Below are positions 47,088 to 60,026 of a stretch of 64,000 nucleotides of DNA, piece after piece (the first letter of the stretch is position 1; each line of letters opens with the position of its first letter). The position numbers were made by a program, and so were the translations under genes. The stretch is from positions 578,221-642,220 of the forward strand of contig RHPI01002090.1 in assembly GCA_009103225.1 (NCBI GenBank), written 5' to 3'. The DNA is from Chlorokybus atmophyticus. Taxonomy: Eukaryota; Plantae; Mesostigma and Chlorokybus algae. Below the pieces are notes generated by a model. The model had not been told where the DNA came from and ran no database searches. It worked only from the letters and a program-made list of their open reading frames with translations.

Positions 47088-47780
47088 CATTGGTTGAGCC
47101 TGATTAAGTTGGTTGGTAAAGGCTCACCAAGCTGAGTCAGCTTAGCTGACACTTAAGTGAACTAAGAGGATGACCACCCACATTAAGACGGAGACATCAC
47201 TTGGGCTCAGACTCCTCCGGGAGGCAGAAGTGAGGAATATTGGACAAGGGGAGGAAAGCCGAATTCAGCCTTATGGCATGAGTGATGAAGGCTATTTTAA
47301 TCATACAACTCGTTTGTCGGGTGGTAAATAAGTTTCATATTGTGGAGTATAATTGTAAACGACTTTGGCTGATTCATCCGATCTAACCGGAACGAGAGAG
47401 CCAATGATTGACTGATATGACTCGATAAGAGGCCCCACCTTACTTTGTGCCAGCAACCGCATAAAGAGAGGAGGGGTAAGTATTATACGTAATGACCGGG
47501 CGAAACGGCACAAATGTAATCTTTAGAGTTGAATGTGAAACCTTAAAGCTTAACTTTTTAATGGCATTTAATATCGGTAGGCTGCCAGTAAAGAAAGCAA
47601 AGCGAAGTGTCTAGTGAAGTGATAAACCTCACAAGAGTACAAGGAGCACTTAACGTGAAAGCAGCCTCATGAGTCTGTACCGACGCTGAGGTGCGAAAGC
47701 ATGGGCAGCAAATAAGAATATATTATCTTCACCACGTTAAACAAAGCAGGCGAGGTCAAAAAGCGGTCAACTTAAAGGTG
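47088..47780 (+). pseudogene. rns: Decayed organellar (mitochondrial-type) SSU rRNA fragment, probable NUMT
   Basis: Colinear diverged versions of universal 16S motifs: GGTAAAGGCTCACCAAG, GAGGATGACC, AGACTCCTCCGGGAGGCAGAAGTGAGGAATATTGGACAA (338 region), GTGCCAGCAACCGC (515 region), GACGCTGAGGTGCGAAAGCATGGGCAGCAAA (760-780 region), CCACGTTAAAC and AACTTAAAGG. It may extend 5' to ~46960. Confidence 0.88.
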
Positions 47781-48401
47781 TCCTCTCAGCTCGTACACTT
47801 TGTGTATGCATCAAGTTATATCAGGGGAAGCTTATAATTCCAATTTTACCACAATTTTAACAACTTTTGTGCAACTTATAATCATAATTTAATTACGTAA
47901 CGACGTGCGCAAGGTGGCAGTATTTAAAAACGTTCGAGATAATAATATTTACGAAATCGTGCATGTGCAATTGTGCAGTGAATTATTGCATTCATGCACT
48001 AATTGCAATAACATTTGTGCATGTATGCATATATAGCAAGCAAATGTACTGACTTATCAATGGTTTATGCGCAATACTCTTAAAAACTATTATCACCATG
48101 TATAACAGTTTTGCAAAGTCACGTAAAGTTGAATATAACATTAAGTAAATATGATCTTAACATTAAATTGGTCGTAAAGCGCTATTTTCCATGGCACTTT
48201 ACCATACAGTAACGACTACGTATGCACACGTTTGATAAGGGTGTCATGCACCTGATGCATGCAACGTGCACATGCGGTGCAATGGACATCAACCCGAACC
48301 CAGATTGCATGCCATGCTGACTGAAACAACTCAGAGCAGGCCAGAGGCGAAGGCGGAGGCACAGGTGGCGCAGAAGGTGCTGCCGTTTGCTTGCTGCCAC
48401 C

Positions 48402-51400
48402 ATGAGCATGGGAGCTGCCACACCATGCTTGGGCGGCAGTGCTGCCGCCGTTCGCCACTGCTTCTTCTATTCGTCGTTCCGGGGTATAGCTGCCGCGGTG
48501 CTGCTGCTCATCCTCGCCGGTGAGAGGCCGCAACCGAACACACACTCTCTTTCTAACTCTCTCCACGCAGCTGGTGCTGCGTTGTCGACTGTGACAAAGG
48601 CCTGGCTGGCTAGCTAGTTTACTGGCATGCCGTGCTGTTGCATGTTTGATGCTTTTACGCGGAAGTAGGTGAGTTGCTGCATGTGTGCCAGCTGTCAGGC
48701 GGGTGTTGTGCTCTGTCTGTCGCTGTCCAATGGGCAGCCAGTGCGTTTGCATGCACAGTAAACATACAGGAATTTACGGAACCTGTCTACACCATCTCCA
48801 TTGTCGTCTGCATGCGGCCGCCCGCATAGTGCCGCATCCCCTGCTTTTCAACCATGCTGCCTTCTGTCAAGTTGTCTGTCATGCTGCACAGATGATAAAA
48901 AGTCAGTGCGTGTGCAGCAGTGGTTGTTGGTTGCAGTGGAGTCCAATGTAGTCACTTCATGGCTGTCTATTGTGTGCATGCAATCCACAAATCTCTCCAA
49001 TCGAACCAACTGGACACTGTGCTTTTCCAATTGCAGTTGCGATTGTGGGTGTGGTGGACGCTGGTGATTGGCCCGCGCCAGGCAGCCGGTGCTTTGTTGT
49101 CACTCACGACAATACGCTGCGGGACTTTGTATCCTGGTCATATAATTATGCCCTTGTCAGCCAGCTAGACCGTTTGCGATGATGTTGACAATGGCAAGAG
49201 TTTGCATGTCCTGGAGGGTTTGCATTTGTGCGCAGCGTGTTGCAGTTCATGCTGAGACTTTACGCCTATAAGTTGTGCCTGCACTCCAGATATTGCACTT
49301 GCCCTATGCTTGCTACCTTGACTGCGCACGTGCAGACGGAACAGATTGGCAGAGAATACCAGTACGCTGACGAGGTAGCGAGCAGCATGTAATTGCCTGA
49401 TGCAGCGTCTATTTCACTTGCGCGTTGCAGTCTTCAGTCTCAACTTTCCATGTTGCCATATAGGCGGGCTTGACATTCACGCTCAAGTTCTGCAAGAGCG
49501 TCCTCGTCAGGTCGCACAAGGTGACTTGGGCAGTTGTCAACTGAGTGCTCGACTAGTTGATACATTGTTGTCGCCCCGTCCGCGCTAGCTGCTGTATGTA
49601 AGCGGCGAGCACGCCTCATGCCTGTTGTTGCCCTGTAGGAGATTGTCAGCTTCGGCGCCTACTCTCGCTTCTTGCCAGTCACCCCCGGCGTGTTCCGCCA
49701 AGTGCGCATGCGTTACTTTGTTGCACTGTTGTTCAAGTAACTAGCACTGTTATGCGGTGATGGATACTGACAATGTTTGTGTCGGATTCGATGAAATTTG
49801 CATTTGCCATCTGCAATGCAGGAGTACACTGATGGCGATGTCAGCCAGTGCGAGGACTTTGTGCCGCAAGCCTTGGGACGCGATGCGAAGGTGCAGCATC
49901 GCTCATTTGGTCGGCTGCTTGCATGTTCATGTCTTCACACTCAAGTCGCATGCAATGAGACATATTGTGCCTCGTGCCGGCGCACAAACACACAGGTTCA
50001 CGTCCTTTGCGGCGGATGCCCTAATGGCACCAGCTGCGGCAATAGCAAAACGACCAACTGCATCTGCTCGGCGAAGCTCACTAGCGGGAACTGCAGGTAT
50101 GTACTTGCGTTTGCAGGGCGAGCAATGCTCTGGTTTTGCTTGGTACTATAAAAGGAACTCATTGTGTCGTGCACTTCAACACCAGTGCTGAGATCACAGT
50201 TGCAGCCACATGCCCGCAACGGGGCCGGAGAGTGGATCCCAACTTCAGTATCGGCTTGACTCCTGGCGGCCGAGAAGTGGTAACTGCATCTGCTTTGCAA
50301 CAGCTGTAGCACTGCAATGTATGATATGAGTTGATACGTGTACAGTCCCATTGAGTAAGCAACCCTCCTCTACTCTTGCAGGTGGATAGTGGTGTTCCCA
50401 ACTGGGCATTCCATCCAGACTCTAACTTGTACACCAAGTACAGGTGGGCTGCGTATCACCCGTTGCTTAATACACCTCTAGCAGCTTATTGACAATAATG
50501 AGCAGAGAAGAAACACCAGATTGCGCACGCAGTGAGACGTTGACTTGTGCAGCTTCGCGCCCGATCACCGGCGCGTCTATTTGTACATGTCGAGCGACTC
50601 GCTGAACCCGCCCACAACACTGCCGGCACAGTTTGTGGTCAGTTGTCTCACCTGTGTTTCAAGGACATCGGTTGATGGTCGGGCTTGCACGACTGCAATG
50701 CACATACGACCTTTCTGCAGGTGGACCCGGCACTTGCACTCGACGTGCAGCTGTTCGGGTCTGGATCAAGTGGTGGCGTGGCGACCACAACACATCCACT
50801 GATATTGGAAGTCCATTGGCAATGTAAGACACAGAGACAAACGTCATTACATAACCACTTCTGCATCACTGCTTGTTACTTGGTTCTTCCCAGGTCGCAA
50901 ATGGACTGCGACCGCTGTTGCTGTGAATGTCACGGTTCCCATCATGGCCCAGGGTGAGCGCGCGTACACTGAGGTGGCATTCATCCTCGGCAAGGAGTGC
51001 GGTGAGCGCCTGTCAAGGAGTAGTGATGCCAGAGTCTCGTGTCTTGCACGCAAGTGTGCATGTCTGTGGGCTTGGGTGCTTGTGTTTTACACCAGACGCC
51101 TGACAGAGTGCTTCCTGATGCATTGTAGACAGGGCTCAAAGTAATGAATCGCGTTGCCGTGTAAGCGGGTGGGAGCGCTTCGGCATATTGGCCCTTGTGT
51201 AAGAACTGGTTATGATGGTGCAGAGGTTTCGACCATTTTAACATTAATGTTTTTCGTTGGCCTTGTCCAAGGAGTGGCTTATGTGGTCATTTCAGGGGTA
51301 TTGTCATAACCCTCACGCTGTGCTGCTTCGGGTTTGGACTGAACGTTTACGCACATGATAAGGTAGCGTGGTTGCATATTTATGCTGCACTTTTTGGTTG

Positions 51401-51871
51401 CTCAGTTGCAGCATGTAACACATGACATCACGGTGCCGACCTGAGGTGACACACACCCATGAACAAAGTAACCTTACCAGATTGGTTGTGTGCAGCATGG
51501 ACTGGATGCGCTTCCGTGCTTAGGCACAATCTCAATGTGTCTAGAAACGGTACCTGTTGATGGAGTGCTCAGCTGCCATGCGCAGCAGTTCCCTGCTGTG
51601 TTTGTAGATACTAACCAATGGGTAACTGGCTGGTGTGCAGCTTAGCGGTGCTGGTCCAGGGTACAGAGACTACAGCCGGGCGCACATCTCGCGGCTGCCT
51701 CACCCCGACATCTCTGCGCCACCATACCAGACAATGGCCAACAGCTACACCCGCAGCAACTCAAAGCGAGGAAAGCGCAAGGAGCCGAACCAGCAGCAGC
51801 AGGTGGCAGCGCCACCCGCTGCACCCGACATTGCGACCACGAGTAGCGGCGTAACATACGGTACGGTGTGA
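48402..51871 (+). CDS. Single-pass membrane protein with signal/anchor and an MRH-like Cys-rich luminal domain, similar to a conserved land-plant family of unknown function; many exons
   Basis: Exon pieces CFVVTHDNTLRDFVSW, IVSFGAYSRF, QEYTDGDVSQCED..LGRDAK/VHVLCGGCPNG..C...CIC...CRY, RVYLYMS, LDVQLFGSGSSGG...LEVHWQC, VNVTVP...FILGKEC, TM GWERFGILALVGIVITLTLCCFGF, then GLDALP and TYGTV*. Family match is from memory. Start codon and early exons uncertain. Confidence 0.8.
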
Positions 51872-52779
51872 GCTAGTCAGTGGGTGCATTGGAGTGGGAG
51901 AGTAGCTATATGGTTGTTCCTTTACGGACTGCGCAACAAGGTAATGCAGTTTTTGAGATTCACAGGTTGAACACAGCGCAGCTAAAGGTTGGTGTACAAC
52001 CACATGACTGCAAGAGGCGTTGATGTGTAAATGTAGCGAGAGGTTTAAATTGGTTTGTGTGATGTATTGTACGCATGGAGGGATGCAGGGCAACGCGAGG
52101 AAAGCCTTGAGAGGCATTAATCCGTTGTTACGCTGTGATAGTACCAAAGTATGTGCGTCTGGTAACATGTCTGTCATTTGACCTTATGGTGTTGAGCGAG
52201 CGGTTGCAGTTGCATTCAAAGCAAGTGGTGGTTACTTTTGTGTAAGCTCACATTAGACTGCGATGTGAAGCGATGTAGACTTTCGTCTAATGCAAAAGGA
52301 GGTAGCATCCACTTCAATTGATGTATGCTCCATGCGATATGAAATCGCCTGACATAATGTACACCATCATATAATACGCCGTACTTTAACCAATCCAATC
52401 GCATGGAAGCTGACGCAGCATCATCGATTACGTGAACATGGTAAATTGCAATATGATGTACAAACGCCGAGGTATCAAAGTTGGCGCTGAAACTAACATT
52501 GCAAAGCACTATGCGCCTAGTAGGCGCCAGATACAAATTGGTGAAGCTAATACCTTGACATATCTTATATTAGCACAATATGGTACCGTGCACATGAATT
52601 GCATGACATGATATACCACATGTTGATGGTCTTTGTTGCAGGCACACGACATCATGATAAACGTCAACTCAGCATCGAAGAGTGATGAGTGCAAAGGTGA
52701 GCGTCTCAACAATGTGCATATGCATATGTAGCATCACATGTTTTGCAACTCATGTGCTGTGCCGATGCGTATTGGGCGA

Positions 52780-53463
52780 CATGGATGGTGGACCCCACAC
52801 AACACAAATTTGTGGCTTGGGGAGCTCGAAGGCTGCCAGCCACCAAGAAGTTCGCAACGGGGTGAAGGAATGCTGGGACAACATGCCCGCCAGCATCATA
52901 TGCAATGCCTTGCAAAAGGCGGGCTTGAGCATTGCACTGGATGGCAGTGAAGATGATCAAGTTGTTGAGCCGGAGGATGAAGCGGGTCAGGATGACATCA
53001 ACTACCGCTTGATGAGCAACATCACCTTTTAGGCAGCGTACAACAGTAGCACTGATGGCAATGACAATGATGCTTCATTTATCAGCGTTACTAATGTTGT
53101 TGAGGTAGCCATTAGCATCAGCAATAATGGTCATAACGACTGATTGTTACCCAAGAGTTGTTAGCTTGACATGCTTGTTGCGATGCGTGATACAAGTCGC
53201 TCTTATAATTGATGTGCAGTTCAGTGCAGCTCGCACGTATGCTTGTGTGCACTTTCAATAATTGAACAACATAGCACAAGCAGTGGACTTCAATGCATGC
53301 ATGTGTAACAGCATGAGGCAAGCTTCCTCCTCCCCCCTCCCAAATATAAAAAGGGCGTGAGGGGGTACATGCGAGGGAGGGGCTGCGCAAATCCCCCCAC
53401 CCACATTCCAAGGGGGGTACACAGATAGGGGGGGGGGGGGCTCAGATCGGGGAAAATATGGTA
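52780..53463 (+). mobile_element. 3' remnant of a pogo-type transposase with a probable right TIR
   Basis: VKECWDNMPASIICNALQKAGLSIALDGSEDD is the typical pogo C-terminal W...I.N.F.K.G...DGSED motif. The terminus CTCAGATCGGGGAAAATATGG|TA (53441-53463) resembles the TIR of the neighbouring MITE. Confidence 0.55.
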
Positions 53464-53571
53464 GATATTGTACACAATATTACGATACCACGACGCCAGA
53501 ACCACTTATTGTAGGCATGCGCTGAAGCGTAATGCGCTTCAGCGAATGCCTGCGATATTAAATGTATCGTA

Positions 53572-53763
53572 CCGTGTTCACCCGATCATAATGCCCCCCA
53601 AAGTAAAACAGCCCCCCCGCTTTCGGGGGGGCACTGTATTCGCGGATATGCAATTCCGCAGAGAAGCCGTTTACAGCATCCCTTCGAATACAAGAGCCCC
53701 TCTTGAAAATCTAAAGGGGCAATTATATAAAACAAGGGGCACTGTGTGGTCGGGTAATTACGG
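53572..53763. mobile_element. pogo-type MITE (~192 bp)
   Basis: Imperfect TIRs CCGTGTTCACCCGATCATAATGCCCC (from 53572) vs CCGTAATTACCCGACCACACAGTGCCCC (reverse complement ending 53763). TA on the left, TG on the right. Confidence 0.6.
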
Positions 53764-54040
53764 TGCATTGGTTTTCAATTCAGTTCGGATTTGAAACCTG
53801 GTTATGAATCATGAGACTTACTAAGTACAGTCTACCTTCAATATACTGACTACGAATGTATTGGGACATTTTGTCACCACACGGAGATGTTGTTCCTTCG
53901 ATGTAATGATAGATAATCACTATGGCGCATTAATGCTGTACAATGACAGTCTGTCATTGCAACGAGGGATTTGCTACCAATGTACAAACATTTATTATAT
54001 ACAATGCAAGATATGCATTGGTTTAGAGCCGGACATACTG

Positions 54041-54192
54041 TGACAATTGGTTGCTACATATAAATTCTTATCTCATTCCTTGTAGTGACAACTAGTCATT
54101 ACAGCGAGGTACGGACACATCTGTAACAATTGTTACTACATAAAAATGTTTATGTCATTCCATGTAGTGACAACTAGTCATTACAGCGAGGT
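54041..54192. repeat. Imperfect tandem repeat, ~82-bp period
   Basis: TGTAGTGACAACTAGTCATTACAGCGAGGTA occurs twice; a partial third copy (ATTACAGCGAGG) lies at ~54362. Confidence 0.85.
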
Positions 54193-54561
54193 ATGCAAAC
54201 CCTCATCAATGCATTATATCTATATATAGTGACGTTTCCTCCTGGCACCGATTGTCCTTACATGGAGTGTAATAGTTATTATAAAGGTGGAAAACTGCCT
54301 CTTGTAAAACGGTTGATCAGCATTTTGTCACTGCTTGGAGGGTGTCGTAAGAACGAGTGTGATTACAGCGAGGGTAGACTGCCAGGCACCTCAACACTTC
54401 ATGTGCGAACCGTGCCCATCGTGTTGTCCCTTTTTCAAAAGCCCGGAGCGGATTTCAAATTTTTGGCGCTCGCTGCAGACCGTTGTGTCGGAGTGACGGC
54501 CAGTGTGGGCGCCGCGTGGCTGGCGGCGGCGGCGGGCGGGTGTCTGCACGGGGGCTGAAGG

Positions 54562-57500
54562 ATGATGGAGCGCAAGAGGCATTCTGTAACAGGCGCGCTT
54601 GGCGCTGCTGTCAAGCCGCAGCAGCTGGGCGTGCAGGGGTTCGACAACAAGGAGAACGTCGTCCAGGTCTCCACACCCACCTCGGTAACAACACCGAACT
54701 GCTTGATGGTGGTCGTCATGCTCGCACAAACCCTAGTTGAGTGATTCAGGTCATGAAGTTGCGCTTTGTCTTTGGCAAGAACTTGCCTGCCATGCAGTCT
54801 GATGTGCAAAGGCTGCTTGCCCGTGGTCAGCATGCTGACGATAACCACCGGTGTTCATGCATGCCACTCATCATGGTTGAGTTCTGCAAGTTGCTCTGCA
54901 AGCTAACACTCAATCTGCTAGCGCATCACTCTTAGTGCGTTGCACTCTACCTGCTAGCCTAGTCGACTCCGCCACTCTGCATTTTGGCTGCCCAACAACA
55001 TACAACCCCCAACCAACATATGAACGCACGGACGTATAATAACTACTTAAGCGCCAATCCAACAACACATCAAAGCACTCATTTTCAATGTCACATGTCT
55101 GATATGCAGATACTCAAAACGATGACGCCGTTGGAGTCGCCTGCACGCAAGCGTGGGCGTCGCTCACTCGGTCGTCGAGTGAGTTTTGCGGAGAAGCCGC
55201 AGATCCGTCACTTTGAGAAAGACGAGGACTACGAGACGCCGCCTGAAAACCATCAGCATCACCACCACAACAACAAGGACAACAGCCACAACCATCAGCA
55301 CGTCATCCGCGGCAACAACCTGTTTGAGCATGCCGTGTCCCCGCCTCGCATGGCTGCCAACAAGAGCGAAGCCGCGGAAGAGGAGAAAAGCCCTCCTTTG
55401 CACTTTTACTCACCCGCTGGGCACCTTGCAGCCGGGTAAGATACAATTGCAGGGTGGAGTTATTGTTGTTTTTGATGTGATGCTTGCATTGCTGCTGCAG
55501 TCATGTTGCTATTTCATGTTGTTGTATGTCAACAAGCTTTCAAGGTTTGTGTTGTAAAAGCTCACAGTGCAAAGCGAGCAGCTGCGTCATGTGACCAATC
55601 CCAACTGTTTTGCGACTGACAGAGCGGTCAGCGATGACGAAGCTACCATGACCGGTAAGGTGGAGCTGCCGGAACCCATGGAGGTGGTGATTGAACCCAT
55701 GGAAGAAGACCAAACACTACCACCACAGCCGAGCGCAGCTGCTGCAAGCATACCCGTTGCAGCAGCAGCAACAGTCCCTCCTCAACCGGCCGCGCAGGTA
55801 GAATCTCACAATCATGTTGTCCATGCCACTGCGGTGCTTGTTTGAGATTGTGACTTGCGGTTTGTTGCATTGCAGCAGCAGCAAAGAGTTGCTCTGCAAG
55901 ATGTGACGGCAGCAGTCCCGAGCTTGTCGCAGATGGCGCTAAACGACTGGACGCAGCACATGGATCAGCCAACACCATCTGATGAAGGTGTGGCTCTCAA
56001 GCCCAGAGCAACCATTACCTGTGTATTGGTTGCCCTGGTGGACACAGTCGTTCTGATCCCAATCTCTTGCAGATGACATGAGCATGGACGTGCACAAGCG
56101 TCTGGAAGCCGAGTCTGACATGGATGTGACACACGCCATTCCCAAAGACGTGACGGCAGGTTTGCCGTCGCTTGCGCAGCTCGCCAAAGCCGATTGGATG
56201 CTCAGCGCGCGGCACAGCCTCCCGCCTGCGCAGGTAAGCATGCGTGCACAGCCTTCACCCAGTGCACATTAACGTGCAACATGAGTGTAACCACTGCAAC
56301 AACTGCAGGTTGCGAAGCCCTTCCCTTGGGAGCAGAAAGCGCACAACCCGCGCGCAACGACACAGCCCACACTGCACGATGTGGTATATGCACTCTCCAT
56401 GGTGACTGGTCGCAACATCTAAAGCACAGGCGTGCACGCACGCACACACACACATCAACACGCACACATTGGTGCTGTGTGTGCGCAGAGCAAAACCCTG
56501 CACCCGGGCACGGAGGCAGTGACAGGTCACAGCACGTGCATGCCGGCGGGCACCTCCACACACACAGCAGGTGGCGGAGGAGGTGGAGGCGGAGGGCCGC
56601 AGGGTCGATTCTCCCTGGGACCTCAGCTGAACGACTGGACCGAGGACATCACCCTCACGGGCCTCACGGACCGGCTCTCCACGCTCACGCGCAGACGCAT
56701 CTCCGAAGCGCACGTCGCCGCCACCACGTGGCACAACACGGTGAGGGGACTAACCAACCATGCCATGGGTGTGCCATGCGTGCATGAGAAGCGTACCGGC
56801 TGATGTGTGCGTGTGCCAGGCGGCGGCTTCTGCAGCAGCACAGGACAGGACGTTGACGGGAGAGCTGCCGGCGTGGCTGGCGCCGGAGCCCGGTCGTGCC
56901 ATGCAGCGAGGCCTGGGAGACAACACCGCGGACCTGACCGTCACCACGAGAATGCTCATGGCTCGCGCACAAGTAAGCCACACTCAAGACCAGTTCCACC
57001 CGTGCATCCACACGCCAATGCCACTCGTGTTGTGAGTTGGAGGAACGTTTCTCCTTCATCTCCTTCATGTGCACAACAGGAAATGGCTGCCGGGTGCTAC
57101 AATCGTAGCAATGCAGCAAACGCGCCAGCGCCATCAGTCCCTGTACTTACTGACGAGCGGAACAACAATGCTGCGATGCAGGACGCGTCTGCGCCTGGTC
57201 TCATCGACCTGGCAGCAGAGGCAAGCTTGTACATGTTGGCTGCCAGGCATGTTGATGATGCCCACATGAAATGAGAAAGTAACCCACAGAATGCTATGCA
57301 GGACACAGACGGCAACCTCGTTGCTTTGCGCAACGACATCCTCAGCACCGTGGACAGCCCCGTTGCTTCCAAAGAGCCCCTGACACTGGAGTCATTCATT
57401 CGGCTTGCAGAAGTCAGACACACGACTTGGGCATCACGGCTGTAGACCAAATATGTTGGCTTGTCCATCTAACACATGGTGTCGTCTTGTGCAGGTGCAG

Positions 57501-57688
57501 TTTCAAGAACAAGAGCTGCCATCGTTGCAAGAGAGCGGCCTTCACACTGGCGGAGCACGCGCGGCAGCACCTGCTGGCCTTACTGACTGCTTGCAGCTGC
57601 TGTGTGTCACAGAGCCCGAGGTGCGTGTTTGGTTGTCATGAGTCGATGGGTGGTAGAGAGGTACGAAGTGAGCGCAAGCTCACTATGT

Positions 57689-57735
<47 letters not shown>

Positions 57736-60026
57736 AGGTGTGCGCATATGAGTTTGGCTGCTCCAACATGCACGAAACGGCAACGCGCAAAGCGGAGTCA
57801 ATCAGCCAGATGGCAGAAGCGCTGCAGGCAGACAACCCTGAAGCATTCACCCGCTTGCAGGCAAGTTGTCCGACGAGCAGCAGCAACTTGCTACTCACGT
57901 CTTGACTGCTTGTTGACGTTGTGTTCGTGGGACAGAATGCGCGTGGTGATGACCTTGTGGCCATCCGCACCCAGCTGCAAGCAGTACAGTCAAGCTGCAC
58001 GTGAGTGAGCCTCTTGCCAGCAGATACTCTGTTGCGCGTGGGCAAACTACAAATATTATATGCCAGGTTGGAGGCCAGGAACGCATGGCAAGAATGGCGC
58101 AAGAAGCTCGAGCTGCGTCTCAACACGGCTCTCAGCGAGAACCTGCGCCTACTTCAGGTTTGTTTTGTGCAAATATAAACAACTTGCAGCATGCCGACCG
58201 ACACATCAAACACACTGATGCCTTGAATCTTGCGCAGGAGGATGCGGAGGCTGTCGAGCGCAGTGTCGAGTGCGCGGCCGAGCTTGCTAGCTCGGCTTCC
58301 AACCTGCGTACCAAGAGTGACAATGCACGCATGCAGCAAGAAGGACAAGTGCGAGCGAGGATCGAGCAGCTGCACAAAAGCATCATGGAGCAAGTATAGT
58401 GTTGGTACACGTTACACCTACTGCATGGGTTGGCCGTTGCTGATAAGTTGGCTGTGTCATGCAGAGGGCAGCTGCATCTGAACAAGAAGCTGAGCTGCAG
58501 AATGAACAAAAGGCGTGGACAGAACTGTCCACACAACAACAGGTGCAAACAACACTGTGGGCACGCCACGTTGGTGCCCCCCCCCCCCCCCCCCCNCTGC
58601 AGGCGCTTGAGGTCGAAAGAGAAGCGTTGCGAGCTCGGCTTGATGCCATCGAGTGTGCCACCACCGCGCTGCCACGTCACGGAGGAGATGTGGACAACAG
58701 TGCTGCTTCTTGTGACAGCCGCGACGAGCAGCTGCAAGAGCAGCTCGTCGCCCATGAAGAGATGCTTGACTTGCTCTTGGGGCTGCCGGTAAGCGTTGAC
58801 ATACTACCACAAACTGTCTTGCTGCGGTTGCGTCTTACAGCAACTATGTGTAACAGGGCTGGAGCCTGGAGTGTGAAGATGCTGGTGGTGCACATGTGCA
58901 GCGGGTGCTTCTGCGGTTTGGGTCAACAGGATTTTGCCTAAGGTGCGTGGCACAGCACTCACAGTTACACGCTGTCAATAGCAAAAACAATTGTACAGTG
59001 ACACCAAAGGTGGCTTGAGAGCAAAGCATGCTTAATGTGGTATGGCTGATGCACACGACGTTTTACTGTGGAAACAGACTTGACTTTGAAGGCGACGGTG
59101 CTGCAGCGATGTATAAGGGTGCACTTGAGTTGCTTCCCGCACCGTTGGATGCCACTTCAGTAAGTTGTGCGCCTGTCGGATAGTGAACATTCTCTGCAGG
59201 CCAACTGCTGACTGCTGATTGTATTACAACAGGGTGACAGTACTTTGTACACGCTGCTGACCCAACCTGGAGCACCGCACTTCTGCGCTCTGCTCTTGGG
59301 ATTGGATCCGACTACAGTTGAGACTTCGACGCATGCACCCAAGCAAGCATGCTTGCTGACAAAGTGGCACACGACACAGCTGGCACACGTGTACGCTGCT
59401 GCGCAGGTGAGCCCATACTTATATGTGACATGGTTGCAGTGCTACCACTGCGTCATGCCCGGGTGACAAGAGATTACTTACGTGCTGTCGGTGAATGCAG
59501 GATGTTTCCATCGGTGTTGCAAGGATTGCAGAGCTGCTGAGGGACGTGCAAGAAAGCCGGCACGCTTGCCCGATGCTGTCTTGTGTTTCGCTGCAGGCCT
59601 CTGGTACCTTTCATGCCCTACATGTTGATGCATGGCAAAGCTGGCATAGTTGCAAACGCACTGACCACCACTGCTTGTCTAGACTCTCGCGCTTGCCTGG
59701 ATTTGACATTCACGGACCATGAGAGGCACACCCGTTTCACTGCCACCGTTGCAATCCCGTCAGAAGCGCGGTATGTACATGCTCGACTATCAAGTTTGTT
59801 GCACAATGCTTTGGCAATTGCAGAGCTGAGATGCGAGTGCTGCATGGGCAGAGAGTCCTACATGTTGGTCGCTGAGCTGGACGTAAGCATCCATGTTCGA
59901 TATTGCGAGGGTGACAACATGGAGATGCTGGCGTCAATGTTGCTCCACGCTGCCAAGGGTGTGCCTTCTGGTGCAAAGCGCTTGCAGCGCTTGTGTGCAG
60001 CCATGACCTCAGCAGTTCAATCGTGA
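54562..60026 (+). CDS. KNL1: Kinetochore scaffold KNL1/Spc105/Spc7, multi-exon
   Basis: S|ILK across intron 1 (54682-54684 + 55110-55118), RRVSF (55173-55187) followed by FEKDEDYETPP as in land-plant KNL1, MELT-like MDVT and related motifs, Spc7-like LTLESFIRLAEVQFQE...LQLLCVTEPE, coiled coil, and a putative RWD-type C-terminus ending at TGA 60024-60026. Confidence 0.9.
57687..57733. repeat. (GT)n microsatellite in a KNL1 intron
   Basis: Uninterrupted GT run. Confidence 0.95.

Noticed and set aside
47301-47513. Minus-strand 70-aa ORF that could be taken for an intron-encoded or organellar protein
   Set aside because: It is antisense to the SSU rRNA-derived sequence and has no endonuclease or maturase motif.
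53515-53560. Hairpin as a Helitron 3' terminus
   Set aside because: No CTRR terminus at the expected distance on either strand and no Rep/helicase remnant nearby.
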